Below, piece after piece: positions 26,782-26,835 of a stretch of DNA of 26,835 nt. A model generated the notes under the pieces. It had not been told where the DNA came from. It was given only the letters and a program-made list of their open reading frames with translations, and made no database searches. This DNA comes from a bacterium (GTDB taxonomy: Bacteria; Cyanobacteriota; Vampirovibrionia; Gastranaerophilales; JBAXKC01). The stretch is from NCBI GenBank assembly GCA_037137535.1, contig JBAXKC010000033.1:1-26835 (forward strand). The letters run 5' to 3'. Position 1 is the stretch's first letter; every line of letters starts with the position of its first letter. A program made the position numbers and the translations under genes.

Positions 26782-26835
26782 TGACCTGCCCCCGTTTTTC
26801 CTAACGATTAGAACTTAGTACTCCACGAGTTTCTA
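26782..26835. mobile_element. Terminal inverted repeat of an IS3-family (IS407-group-like) element, running off the window
   Basis: Begins TGACCTGCCCCCGTTTTTCC, the TGACCTGCCCCC end typical of this group, exactly where tail-collar similarity breaks. Confidence 0.7.

Larger units (their letters stand above)
12879..26835. mobile_element. Mu-like transposable prophage next to tRNA-Arg (left part; left boundary tentative, 12879 or 12911)
   Basis: Repressor/ner-like switch, MuA-like and MuB-like genes, gemA, mor, endolysin and tail genes. TGT-initiated repeat-rich non-coding block on the left; right end outside the window. Confidence 0.8.

Overview
AT-rich bacterial window. A non-photosynthetic Cyanobacteriota relative (Melainabacteria/Gastranaerophilales-like) is my inference from the SLH-type porin, cyanobacteriochrome-like GAF domains, cyanobacterial-type HU and 'ISF-G' motifs. 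Left half (1-12833) is host DNA: a partial Zn-ribbon/RTX repeat protein, cysE, a HIRAN-like/DHH/DHHA1 phosphoesterase, a six-GAF histidine kinase, an IS256 scar, two YkgJ-type proteins, a porin, tRNA-Ser(GCT) and tRNA-Arg(ACG). Just after tRNA-Arg a Mu-like transposable prophage begins and runs off the right edge. It is unusual in four ways. (i) The left flank holds an array of GGTCAAAATG motifs within an exact 342-bp tandem duplication. (ii) It encodes two complete DDE transposase + AAA ATPase pairs; the first is translationally coupled to a catalytically dead tyrosine recombinase, a candidate target selector for the tRNA site. (iii) A complete type II hammerhead ribozyme sits directly upstream of the mor-like regulator. 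(iv) It has its own HU and a convergent late region whose tail-fibre gene is cut by an IS3/IS407-like end at the window edge. All calls are by eye; no searches were run.
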